Origin: Podarcis erhardii
Taxonomy: Eukaryota
Assembly: GCA_964252035.1 (NCBI GenBank)
Contig: OZ176200.1
Strand: one strand, 5' to 3'
DNA length: 64,000 nt
The notes below the pieces were generated by a model. It was not told the DNA's origin, did not search any database, and saw only the letters and a program-made list of their open reading frames with translations. The position numbers and the translations under genes are program-made. This document shows, in pieces, positions 32,601-44,600 of this stretch (positions within the stretch are counted from its first letter, which is position 1; each line of letters begins with the position of its first letter).

Positions 32601-35600
32601 ACCTTCTGATCGGCAAGCCCAAGAAGCACAGTGGTTTAGATCACAGCGCCACCCATGTCTAATGTAATCCATATGTACAATGAAGCTCCACGGAACATTG
32701 GATTGGGAAAAGTTTATATACTTGTAGAGAAAAAGACCATACTTGCCTGAATCCCCCTTTTCACCTTTAATCCCTTGTGCTCCTGATGCTCCTGATTTAA
32801 CACAAAAGGAACAAATGATTGATGGCACATCTAGATAATTTTAATTAGGTTCAAATGAATTTTTTTTGAGTTTCCCTTAACTGCATAAGATATCAGTATT
32901 TCTGGTTTTTGCCTAGTGCAAAAGCTGCCAAGTTTCCTAATCATATTCAGGAGATGGGGAACGCCCCCCCCCCGACTCAGACATGCCATCTTCCTCTGCC
33001 TTCTCCTGCCTTCTCATGTTCAATTTCACTCTAAGCACAGTGCAACATTGCTAACCATGGTTAGGTCAAACCACAGGTTGAAAACCAAGTGTAATGATCA
33101 TTGCAAACTGTGGCTTGGAGCTAACTGCTGGAATATAGTGGCTAAGAAACTGGACTATGAATAAGAAAAATCCCAGTTCAGAAGTAATCTCTGCCATGAA
33201 CTTGGTGCCAATATAAAGCACATCAGATAGTAATCAGTCGTCTTTTTCTGTCTTGCCTTCTTTCTTTTACCTGTATATCCCTGAATGCCTCTGTCTCCTT
33301 TTCTTCCTGGTTCCCCTTTCACCCCATTAGATCCGGCACTTCCTTTACTTCCTTTTTCACCAGGCATGCCTTTGCTCCCTAAGTAAGAAAGGTGGGTGTC
33401 TCGATTTCACAGGGACAAGACAACAGCAAATGGCACAAGAGGCATTACCTGCAGAAGCCATGAAACCATTATTGTGCAATAACCAAATGGATCCTGCCAT
33501 TCCTCTGCCTTTTCCACAGAAATGAAAGTTAAGGGTTGTGGTCCTAAACACAGAGTAAGCCCTGGGGAACACAGTGGGCTTTATTTATTTATTATGTAAA
33601 TCTGTAGGCCACTTTCCCCATTAAAACATGCTCAGAGTGGCTCACAACAGAACGGCAAAACTGCAAATCACTACATCATTACAATAGAAGTCAAAGGTCG
33701 AATAATTTTAGAACGTAACACAGCAATCCATCAAATTTCTGGCATGTGGCCCCTGGAAAGTTGCAGGGAAAGGAATGTGGCCCTCAGATAAAACTCAGCG
33801 GAGCAAGGAATGTGAATTTGTACTGTAGGCTAATTTCTGCACACAGTCACATATTCCTCTCTATCCTCCATTCAGTCAAAAAAGAGGCATTATCAGAGTT
33901 GATGTTCACCAGGTAGCAACCGGGACAGATCCTTTTCAGTAGCGCTTCCCCGATCTCATGATTGCTCTCTCTAGGGAGGCTCAAACTATTTTTATTTCCC
34001 CAAGCTTTTAAAGCAACTTTTTAAGTAATTGGGGTACTGGTTTTTGCTTCGTCCTCTTGAGAGTTTATATGCCCATGTCACTATTATAGCTTTGCTGCAT
34101 TTTAATACTGCATTGCATTGTATTTTTGCATTATGTTTTAACTGTNNNNNNNNNNNNNNNNNNNNNNNNNNNNNNNNNNNNNNNNNNNNNNNNNNNNNNN
34201 NNNNNNNNNNNNNNNNNNNNNNNNNNNNNNNNNNNNNNNNNNNNNNNNNNNNNNNNNNNNNNNNNNNNNNNNNNNNNNNNNNNNNNNNNNNNNNNNNNNN
34301 NNNNNNNNNNNNNNNNNNNNNNNNNNNNNNNNNNNNNNNNNNNNNNNNNNNNNNNNNNGGCCATCTGACTGGGTTTCCCCAGCCACTCTGGGTGGCTTCC
34401 AACAGAACATTAAAAACAGAATAAACCTTCAAACATTAAAAACTTCCCTAAACAGGGCAACCTTCAGATGTCTTCTAAAAGTCAGATAGTTGTTTATTTC
34501 CTTGACATCTGATGGGAGGGCATTCCACAGGGCGGGCTCCACCACAGAGAAGGCCCTCTGCTTGGTTCCCTGTAACCTCACTTCTCACAGTGAGGGAACC
34601 GCCAGAAGGCCCTCAGCGCTGGACCGCAGTGTCCGGGCTGAACAATGGGGGTGGAGATGCTCCTTCAAGTATACTGGGCCAAAGGTATGGAGTATACAGC
34701 TTTGATTCTACTGAGTCGTCACTTTCATTTAAGAACTCCAGCAAATGCCTTACCTGTCATTCCCTGATCTCCCTTCGACCCTTTACTTCCTGGTATGCCT
34801 AAAATAATGGGGGCGGAGGGAGGGGGAAAGAATATAAAGTGGCAAATCCAAAGACAATGGGAATTTCAAACTTTTGCTTAATATTCAAAATTCTACTACA
34901 TGTATGTATTTAGATAAAGTTTTAACTATGCGGAGGCAAAAGAGCCCTGCCACTTCCATCTAGACAGCTGTGATGCATGGGGAGTGGGGAGGTGGATTGG
35001 GAGCTGCTCACCAGAATGGGGCAGGGTGAGAGACAACAAAGAGGTCAGGGGAATGCTGGGTTACGTAGGTGCCAACTCCCTGGGGTCCTGGGTGCTTGAG
35101 CAGCCACAAAATTTCCCCTTGAAAGGACTGAGCACCCACAAATTTTGGTACCAGGGCCAGGCACGCTGCATGGTACCCACAGCCCCAGGCACCCATGGTC
35201 GCAGGGCCAAGTTGGGTTAGCAGTGCACACCTGTGGCATACCAACACCACCCATCACTGCTGCCTTGCCTTACCCCGGCCTCCTCCTGTCCCAGTGAGTG
35301 GCAGCAGGGTGCTGGGGCCATAGAGGAGTGCCCCTTCTCATGCACTGCTGCTGCAGGTAGAAGTGGGAGAAATCCCATCTAAATCTAGAGAGCAGCTGCC
35401 AGTCATCATAGGCCAATGTAGCCAACATGGTACACTCCAAACACTGCTCGATTCAAACTCACAACAGCCCCAGCCAACGTGAATCATGATCAGAGATTAC
35501 TGGAGCTGTAGTCCACATTGGATACTGAGTTAGATGGACCAGTGGTCTGATTTATTTCCACACACACAAAAAAGGACAGGAGATCCATGCTAGGAATGAG

Positions 35601-38600
35601 TATTGCACCACTCCATGGCTATTTTCCTCAGGGAATTTTCACAGGAGAGACTATGTCCCATTGATTTCTGTAAAGCAGCTTAGAATCCTGAATTAGCTAG
35701 AACTGGGGTGGGGAGAAGGTGGACCAGAACCTACCAGCAGATCTCTGGGTAATTTTTCCGGAACTGGAAATGCCAACTATACCTTGATCAGCTTTTGACC
35801 AACCAGGCTGCCAGAGGTCAGATAGCTCTGAAGCTAGATTCAGCCTGGGGAATGTTGGAGAACTAACAGACCGACTTTGAATAAAAACTCTTTTCCATTG
35901 GTGATACATCTCTGTAAAACACTTAGATACTACAGCAAAGGATTTGTCCTGGCCTTATGGCATCTCACATCTCTCTGAATGAGATGTCTTTTGCTCACAC
36001 ACTGGGTTCTTCCACTTCCATTTATATTTTTACCTGGATCGCCTTTGTAACCCCTTTCCCCCCGATCGCCTTTCACTCCTGGTACTCCTGAAAGAATAAA
36101 GGGGAAGGTCAGGTCAGAAACTTCTTGGGAATCAGTATTTCAACAGATTGAGCAACATTACCGTTTGTATACCTGGAAAGGTGCTTGCTTCTCCTTTCTG
36201 TCCTTTCTCCCCTTGCGCTCCCTTTGGGCCAGGACTTCCTGGTGGTGCCATCCTGCCTGCAGGACCTTGTAAGTGAACCAAAGAAGCTTGGTCAAAGCCA
36301 GAATGACACTGAGAGAGCAATCAAGCACTGAAGTATATTTTATATTTGGTGGACGAGGGAAGGTTTAGAAGGACTGCAGCCTAGTGCTGGCAGTGCTCCT
36401 GCCTTGTATGCAGAAATAAAGTTCCAGGTTCGATCCCTGGCAACTGGGATTGCCCCTTGCCTGAAACCCAAGAGACCTGCTGCCAATCGGTGTTGACAAC
36501 ACTGAGCTAAATAGTCCAATTGGTCTGACTCAGAATCAGGAAGCTTCCTTTGTTCCGCATCCTTTCAAAGGCTCAGGACAAGACATCCCTTGACAACAAC
36601 ACAGTATCAGAACAACACAGCACTTGCATTCCACAGATTCCTCTCTCTTAAATATTGCCTTCCAACAAGGGGAAATTGTCTTCTTTAGTCATTTCACACC
36701 AGCTTCCTGTTGATTTATCATTTTGCGTTTGTGTGTATAACCACAGACTTTGGCTGCAAATCTATAGAGTAGCATGATAGTTAGAATGGACAAAGCCAGA
36801 GAGTCAGAATTCATTTCTATTATTAAGTCACCACCAAACTTATTGACAAGCCTGAGGAAAACAAAAGCCTTTTAATGATCGTAGAGGCATCTGTTGATCA
36901 ACCAATGGCAGCCGATCAGCATTTACTTTTTTGCTGTTGTAGCAAGTGATGCACAAGTTAATCCTGAACCTCTTGCCCCAAAACCCACTGAAGAAAGCAA
37001 AACAGCAACTTCCCAGCAGTATTTCACTAGATAGGTCAGTCATAGTTTGCCTTAGGACCCCAGAATGGAACTGTTTCAATGAATATTTGTCTTTTTAAAT
37101 AATTCTTAGGAGTTAGTTCCAAGTTGGTTAAATCAGAAGCAGTTTACTAGTAAAATTCTAGGCATGTTTACTCAGAGGTAGGTACCACTGGGTAAGTATT
37201 ATTAGTGTGCAATCCATATCACATTTACTTCAGAGTAAGCCCCACTGAACAGAGTTACACTTCTGGGTAAACATGTATAAAAGGTAAAGGTACCCCTGCC
37301 CGTACGGGCCAGTCTTGACAGACTCTAGGGTTGTGTGCTCATCTCACTCTAGAGGCCGGGAGCCAGCGCTGTCCGCAGACACTTCCGGGTCACGTGGCCA
37401 GCTTGACAAGCTGCATCTGGCGAGCCAGCGCAGCACACGGAACGCGGTCCCTATTTATCTACTTGCACCCGGGGGTGCTTTCGAACTGCTAGGTTGGCAG
37501 GCGCTGGGACTGAGCAACGGGAGCGCACCCCACCGCGGGGATTCGAACCGCTGACCATGCGACCGGCAAGTCCTAGGCGCTGAGGTTTTACCCACAGCGC
37601 CACCCGCGTCCCTAAACATGTATAGGATTACACAGTTAGAGAAATTTGTGTTGATTAACTGTTCAATCCTAGGCATATCTGCTGAGAAATAAGCTCTGCT
37701 GGATTCAGTTGATTTACAGTCTTGTAAGTGTGTACAACATTGCAGTCTAAATAGAACCTTAAATGAAGCACAAATGGTAGGAAGTATTTGTGTTAAATTG
37801 CATTTAACCTGGATGTCCAGGAGGTTAATTGCAATATACCTGGTTGTCCAGGAGGTCCTTGGGGACCACGTGTACCTGAAATAGAACATAAATGAACATA
37901 AGAGAACATAAATGAACACAAAAGAACATAAATTGCTAGTATATGGGATGCTTCTATCTTTATTTTGCAGCTAAGTTACAAATGGCTAACAGAATATAAG
38001 GAGGCATGAGAATAGAAACGGGAACAGAGTCTTGGACTGGGACATAGGGGGTGTTGCTAGCAGGGGTAATGTTGTTGCTGCTGCTATTGATATTAATTTT
38101 TGATCTTATAATTTATGTGGAAATTGTTCAATTTGGTTGTGTACTTTTCATTGTGTTTTATTTATTGTTTATTACTTCTTTTGCTATGTTTGTAATCATG
38201 TAAATCTTTTCCTGCTGTAAGCCTCCTTGAACATAGTTTTAACTATAGAAAGGCGGCATACAAAAAATGATGATGATGATGATCAGACATCTGAACTTTC
38301 AATATAAGATGAAAAGAGAAAAGCAGCAGCTATTTGTGCATGCCTGCATGTAACTGTGGCAAACAGTATCACTGAGTTCCAAGAAGATTAACAGAAATAC
38401 GCAGAAGGAAGAACTATTCAGTTTGTGTGGTCTTGATAAACCATAGTTTAGCTTCCCCTGTTGCGCAAACCAGGCCTTAGAATGCCTGTCTGTCTTTACC
38501 CTTAAGAGTGACAAGATCCAGGCATGGTTTTCTCTGGTTATATTCTTCCCTTACGGTTTCTGAAACCAGCACGGACAAGATGAAGATTCAGGGAGTGTTG

Positions 38601-41600
38601 GGCTAAGTCAGTAAGGCTAGTCTCAAGCCTAAAAACATGGCAGATGTTGTTTAGGTTTGGCACTTTGCTGTGTCCACTCACCTGGCAGACCTCGTTCTCC
38701 CTGCACACCCTTTTCTCCTGTGAGACCAACTGGTCCTCTTGGGCCCAGATCCCCCTTTCCACCAGCTGGTCCTTGGAGTCCTGGAAGACCTACAGAACAA
38801 GCTTGTTTCAGTCGTTAACACATACAATATATTATATATTAGATTCCTTATCTGCCCATAAACTCCCAAGTTAGAACAATGTGTAAGTGTTGCCAAAGGA
38901 AACAATAAAACTCTTAATAACCTCTCCCCTAACCACTCCAAACACTGAAGAAGCTTTCAATGCATGTTGATTTTATGCGGCTTTTGTTTTAAAGCTCCTG
39001 GAAGAGACGGGGTCAATATTTTGTTGCTTGGTGACCAACACAAACCCTGAGGGCTAAACTGTATAGAGCTGCACTAGGCTGCCCAACCTAACTGATATTC
39101 AACCTGAGAGTACCAGGCGGGCAGTGTCCTTTCCAGGTCCCAGTCAAACAACCCATGGGCTTCCCCTTTACAAGTATGGCGATAAAAGTTTTCAGGCTGA
39201 GCTTAGGCTTGGGAGAGACAATGCTGAGTCTTGAGTCTGTCTGCCAGTATTGTCTCTACTGCTGCTCCCTATTTAACTGTTTCAGCTACTTTAAACATTC
39301 ATGTAATGTTGCTGAACAAGCTGACAGCACAGTAATTTTTCCTGGCTTGCAACTCCCTCTCTCCTCCAGTCCTCATTTCCTGTGCGCGATAGTCAGTGGC
39401 GTAGCGTGGCGGGTGCAGGGGGGGCCCGGCCGCACCCGGCGCAACATCTGGGGTTAGGGTTAGGGGGCGCAAATCCACGGGTTAGGGGGCGCAAATTACT
39501 TGCCTTGCCCCGGGTGCTGACAACCCATGCTACGCCACTGGCGATAGTTGCCTTCTCTTACGGACACACTTTCAGAACAATGAACTTCCACTTTTTAAGA
39601 CAGGTTCCTCACCCTTATTCATAAGATGGAGCATAAAGCCCTCCTTTAACTGTGTGTTATGTGTGTGCATTTTGCTATTTCTCAGACCTTCCAAGTGTCC
39701 CTATTTTCCAGCGATAGCCCTGAGTTAGAGAAGCCATCCTGGTTTCTGATTTGATCCCAGAATGTCCCACTTTTTCTTTGGATGTCCCTATTTTCATTGG
39801 AGGAATGTTGGAGGGTATGGAGTTATCCACCTCCTGAGCTGTCTGAAAGCAATCCTCTATAGGGAAGGTTTTTTTAAATGTTTAATGTTTTGTTATGTTT
39901 TTATACATGTTGGAAGCTGCCCAGAGTGCGGGGGCAACCTAATAAAATGAGTGGGGTATAAACAGTAAAATTATCATTATGGAATGGGATGCCCCTATTT
40001 TCATTGGAGAAATGTTGGAGGGTATGAACTCTGCCTTTCTTCTCTCTCTTAGGTTTCAGGAAGCAAGGAAGCAAGAAAGCCAGGGCTCCAATGGAAGAAG
40101 GAACTTGGTCTGCTATAACTTAAACAGGACAAGAAAAGCTATGCCTGCTGGATTTTCCATTCTACACAACTGCTGAAGATAAAGAGGGTCTTCTAGTGCC
40201 AGGGATGCAGAGGGAGGGGGACGGCCTTGAATAATAAATCAATAATAATAAAAAAATTCCTTTGTATTCCTGTAAAGTACATTACATAAAATGGAAACAT
40301 TAATTAATAAATGCCAATTCACTAGAGAGGCTAATGGTTTCATACCTAGCTTTTAGCTGGCGTGCACTTTTAAGAAATGTTACTGTCAAGAAAAGTATAC
40401 TGAAAATTTGATCCATTTCTCAATCTTCTATGCATTATCTTGGCTCTTTTCTGCATTGGTGATGCTCTGGTTTTTTGGGGGAGGGTTTTGCCTTCTCTTT
40501 TTAGCATGCATGCCCCTGTTAAGGCTTGCAAATGCCAATTTAATGGAAGTTACACGTTGCATAATTCTTCTGTTTAACTAAGACAAAACTCTGGCTTATA
40601 CATGATACAAACAACTCAGAAATCGACTTCACAATATCTCCAACTAGCCAAACACACACATGCTTATGCATATAAATTACACTGTATTAGTTTGTACCAG
40701 ATAAATCCTACTATAAACACCTTTGCATTAATCAGAGACAGAAAGATAATTAAATACTCATTGCCTGTATTGCATACACATATGCCCAAAATGAAATATT
40801 AGACTGTACAGAGTTAAATTTGCTCTCTCCCTTTTCCAGTGCCTGATTCTGTGATGCAGTGTATAAAGAAAATAGGACATTATACATATTGTTGGCCTCC
40901 TTCAAAGACATGCATAGAGTTGACACGTTGGCATGGGGCTGTTTGAGGCCAATTTAATGATGTTTGCAAGAACATCATTATCAGTTCTGGAAAATGAATC
41001 TAGAAGTATATAACCTTGGCTACCACAAGCAACCCAATACCTCGTTATGTCTATAAAAACAGCTAGTCTAGCTGGTTGCCTCCCCAGATCAACTCCATCA
41101 TCCAAACCAGCATGATGGGAAACTGTGGGTGTATGTCTGACCTACCATGCTAAACACCCCCTACTGTTCATTGTTCAGCAGGTATCACATGCCAGGCCCC
41201 AAGAGCACCAAACCAAGGAGCCTACACAAGTTGGTCAACAATAGGAGGTTAGTGAAGTGCCCTGCTCCCAACATGCATTAGGGTGCTGACCTTCCTCTAA
41301 GTCACTTACCTGGTCAGCAGCTGGTCCACATTGCTAGCGATCATTTCAAAGGGGGAAAGGTGACTCCACCGCCTGTTTAGTTTCTGAGATATACAGGACA
41401 GTCTACAGGCAGTAGTTCAGAAAAACACAATTCTGCTCCTGCCTCCCAGTATCTTAGGGAAGTCAGTATAATGATTAATAATATGGGCAACAGTGATAAT
41501 CTTCATACTATTCCACACCATTGCATGCAGTGACCAACTGATACAAGCTGGATCAACTCAAGCAAGCAGGAGAACAGTCCTATCTAGAAATGGGTGAATC

Positions 41601-44600
41601 TGTCCATTTCTCCAGTCTGAAGTTCAAGTCTCCACATTTCCATATCAGTTTGCAATTATTCTTATTTTTAAGTCCTCATGAAAATCATCAGCATTTTAGT
41701 GCAAATTTCTCCAAATATTAAATATCATAAAGATTATTAACACTCTTGGCAAAGTCTTACCTTGAGGTCCCCTGTCTCCTATTTCCCCTTTTGTTCCTGG
41801 TTCACCTTTTGGACCAGCCGGCCCAAGATTTCCTTCAGATCCCTTTTCACCATCAAGTCCATTTAAACCTGTATTTTTTAAAAACACACACGAAAAAATT
41901 TGTGATTTATTTATTTGTTTGTTTTAAAGCAACACAGTTGCTACACTAGTCATTCCACTGCCTTCTTTTGGAAGCACGGTGGTACCTTGGTTCTCGAATG
42001 GCTTAGTTGACGAACAAATCAGCTCCTGAATACCGCAAACCATTAAGTGTTCCAGTTTGCGAACTTTTTTGGGAAGCCAAACGTCCGACGTGGCTTCCGC
42101 TTGAGTGCAGGAAGCTCCCGCAGCCAATTGGAAGCTGTGCCTTGGTTTTCAAATGGTTTCGAACGGACTCCTGGAACAAATTAAGTTTGAAAACCAAGGT
42201 TCCACTGTAATTTGATGTAAGTGGTTTCAGGTCTTAAAACAATTCTGCCTGTGCATATTGCAGAATGTTTACAATGGTCACAGGATGCCTTGCCATCAGA
42301 AATGTACATGCTAATTCTTCCCAGGATGCATGAAAGCTGCAATTTGAGGAAACTGGCTTACTTGTGATGGCATCTTATGACATACTGATTGTCAGAAGCC
42401 AGACCTTTTATTGGGTCCTCACATAGCCATTGAGTCTTCTAAATCATCTGAAATTTGTACTGTTAGTTTCCAGTCATTGCTTTCTCCTAGTTTAAGCAGC
42501 TGTGTGTTTTGTTCTATCACCTTGGTTGAGTTGTCTGAATCCTCGCTCAAAGCAGGACTGCCAGCTGGGTGGTTGTAAATATGCCTTACTGGTTTCTAGC
42601 TTGGCCTTAATTCTTGAAAAACTGACACTCTCAACTTGACATGCATTTGGATAAACGTGCACATGGAAGGTAGATCTAGGAATGGCTGTTAGCTCTGGAA
42701 GCCAGAGGGGACTTATATGTTCAGAGACAATCGTAGCTACCTCTGATTACGAAAGGTGAGGACAAAGCACAGGGGATATCTATCATTTCCATGCCAAATC
42801 TGTGAATTTCATAGGGACATATGGCTTGTTACAGCTGAAAACAGAATGCTGGACTAGGTGGACCTCTGGGCTGATCCAGCAAAGTTCTTATGCGCATATA
42901 CAAAACTGGGGGGGGGGGGTTTATTTTAAGAAAAAACAATAAGAATGGCACATTCTACCAGCGGTGGAGCAAGCTGATCGGGCTCCTGGGGCGGTTGCAG
43001 GGTGGGGCCCAGGGGTGGGGCCAACTGTCCATGGGGGTGGGGAAAGCCAGGGCAGGATGCTCCATGGGGCCTCTAAGGAATCTGCCTGCCTCCTCAGCCA
43101 CCCTACAGCTGAGGGGAAGGTGGTAGGTGGACCGTTTGGGCAGTGGGGAGCTTGCAGTCACATAAGCCACTATGTCACTCCCAGGAGAGACGCATGGCTC
43201 AGGCACACTGCAGGCCCTGTGGTGAGTGCCGCCTGGCATTTTGTCACCCCCCTCAGGGGTGACACTCAGGGTGGCCTGCCCCCACTGCCCCCCTTTCCCG
43301 CCCCTGCATTCTACAACTGGGTAGATTGCTGTAAATCAGCCTCCCCCCAGTCTGGTGACCTCCAGATGTTTTGGACTACAAATCCCGCCAGCCTAGTCAG
43401 CATAGCCAAATGGTCAGGAATGCAGGGAATGATAGTGAAAAACATCTGGAGGTCACCAAGTTTGGGAAGGCTGGTGTAAATCAATATCAGGGATAGATGC
43501 TGTTGACCTACAACTTCCATCATCCCAGATCATTGGCAAAAGTGGCTGGGACTGACGAACGTTGTAGTCTGGCAAAACCTGGAGGGCACCACATTGGCTA
43601 CCCTGATCTGGATTATTGCCATAATGCTGGTTCAGTTACTCTGGTAGTGCCAGTGGTGTAATGCAAAGAAGATTTCTCAGTGTGTATCAGAATGCTGCTG
43701 ACATTACATCTAATATGCCTTCATCCATTGCAAGCCAGTGGAAGGGGCCTTACCTTGCAGTCCTTGCTCTCCTTTTGAACCCTTTGGCCCCATGGTTCCT
43801 GAAATAAAAATATAGAGAAATAATAATAAAGTGGAGAAGAAAGGAAATTATCAACTGCCTTTTTTGATATGGTGTCCAGTTTTGACTTAACTGACATATG
43901 GTGACTTAAGCATCCATTAGATTCCCAATTTACTTTTTTCAAATGCAAACAATTCTTCAAGCACTTGTTTCTGTGTTGTTGAATGCCGAATTTAGTTTCT
44001 CTCATATCAGTTGCTTTTGTGGTTTTTAAATTTTATGATTGTAATTGTACATTCTTTTTTTGGCTTTGGAAAAATTAACAAGTATGGTAAAAGGGGTAGA
44101 CATTCAACCCAAGACATTATCTGACCACAATGCCATCTTGATAACAGTATTAACAGGTGAGAAATGTTCTTCGTTTAGGTGGAGGTTAAATTATATGGTA
44201 TTACAAAATGCGGAAAAAAGGAGTTGAATATATGGAAAATAACTATACAGCTGAAAATGCTGGCAACACTAAGATCAATTCAGCAGAGTAATCAATTTTT
44301 GAGGGATGTAAAAGTGGAAAACTGATTTGAATGATTATAGTAAAATAAGCAGGAATGTATGATACGTAAAATGAAACATGAAAAAAGAAGAATGGATATT
44401 TTAAAGTTTGTAAAATGTTTATTTTGAAATGTAAAATTGAAAACTTAATAAAAATTATTATAAATAATAGTAAGCTTGAAAAGCAAATGAGGTGGAATTT
44501 CCCCTGCTTTTCAACATTTGTTTCTACAGCTCTTCTTTCATTACCTGTATCGCCCTTCTCTCCCTGGGTACCTGGAGGTCCTCTCATCCCTGGAGATCCT

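Noticed and set aside
33992-34432. ORFs spanning N-runs (also 52683-53045, 60381-60674)
   Set aside because: Artefacts of translating assembly gaps
41300-41400. Strong minus-strand donor CCAG/GTAAGT in a MARCO intron
   Set aside because: Upstream sequence is not Gly-X-Y and has stops; at most a cryptic site
42964-43479. 171-aa ORF
   Set aside because: Runs through two adjacent MITEs; not a gene
43976-44055. ~80-bp duplication with 46071-46150 flanking MARCO exons
   Set aside because: Both look like fragments of the same L1-like family rather than a segmental duplication of exons
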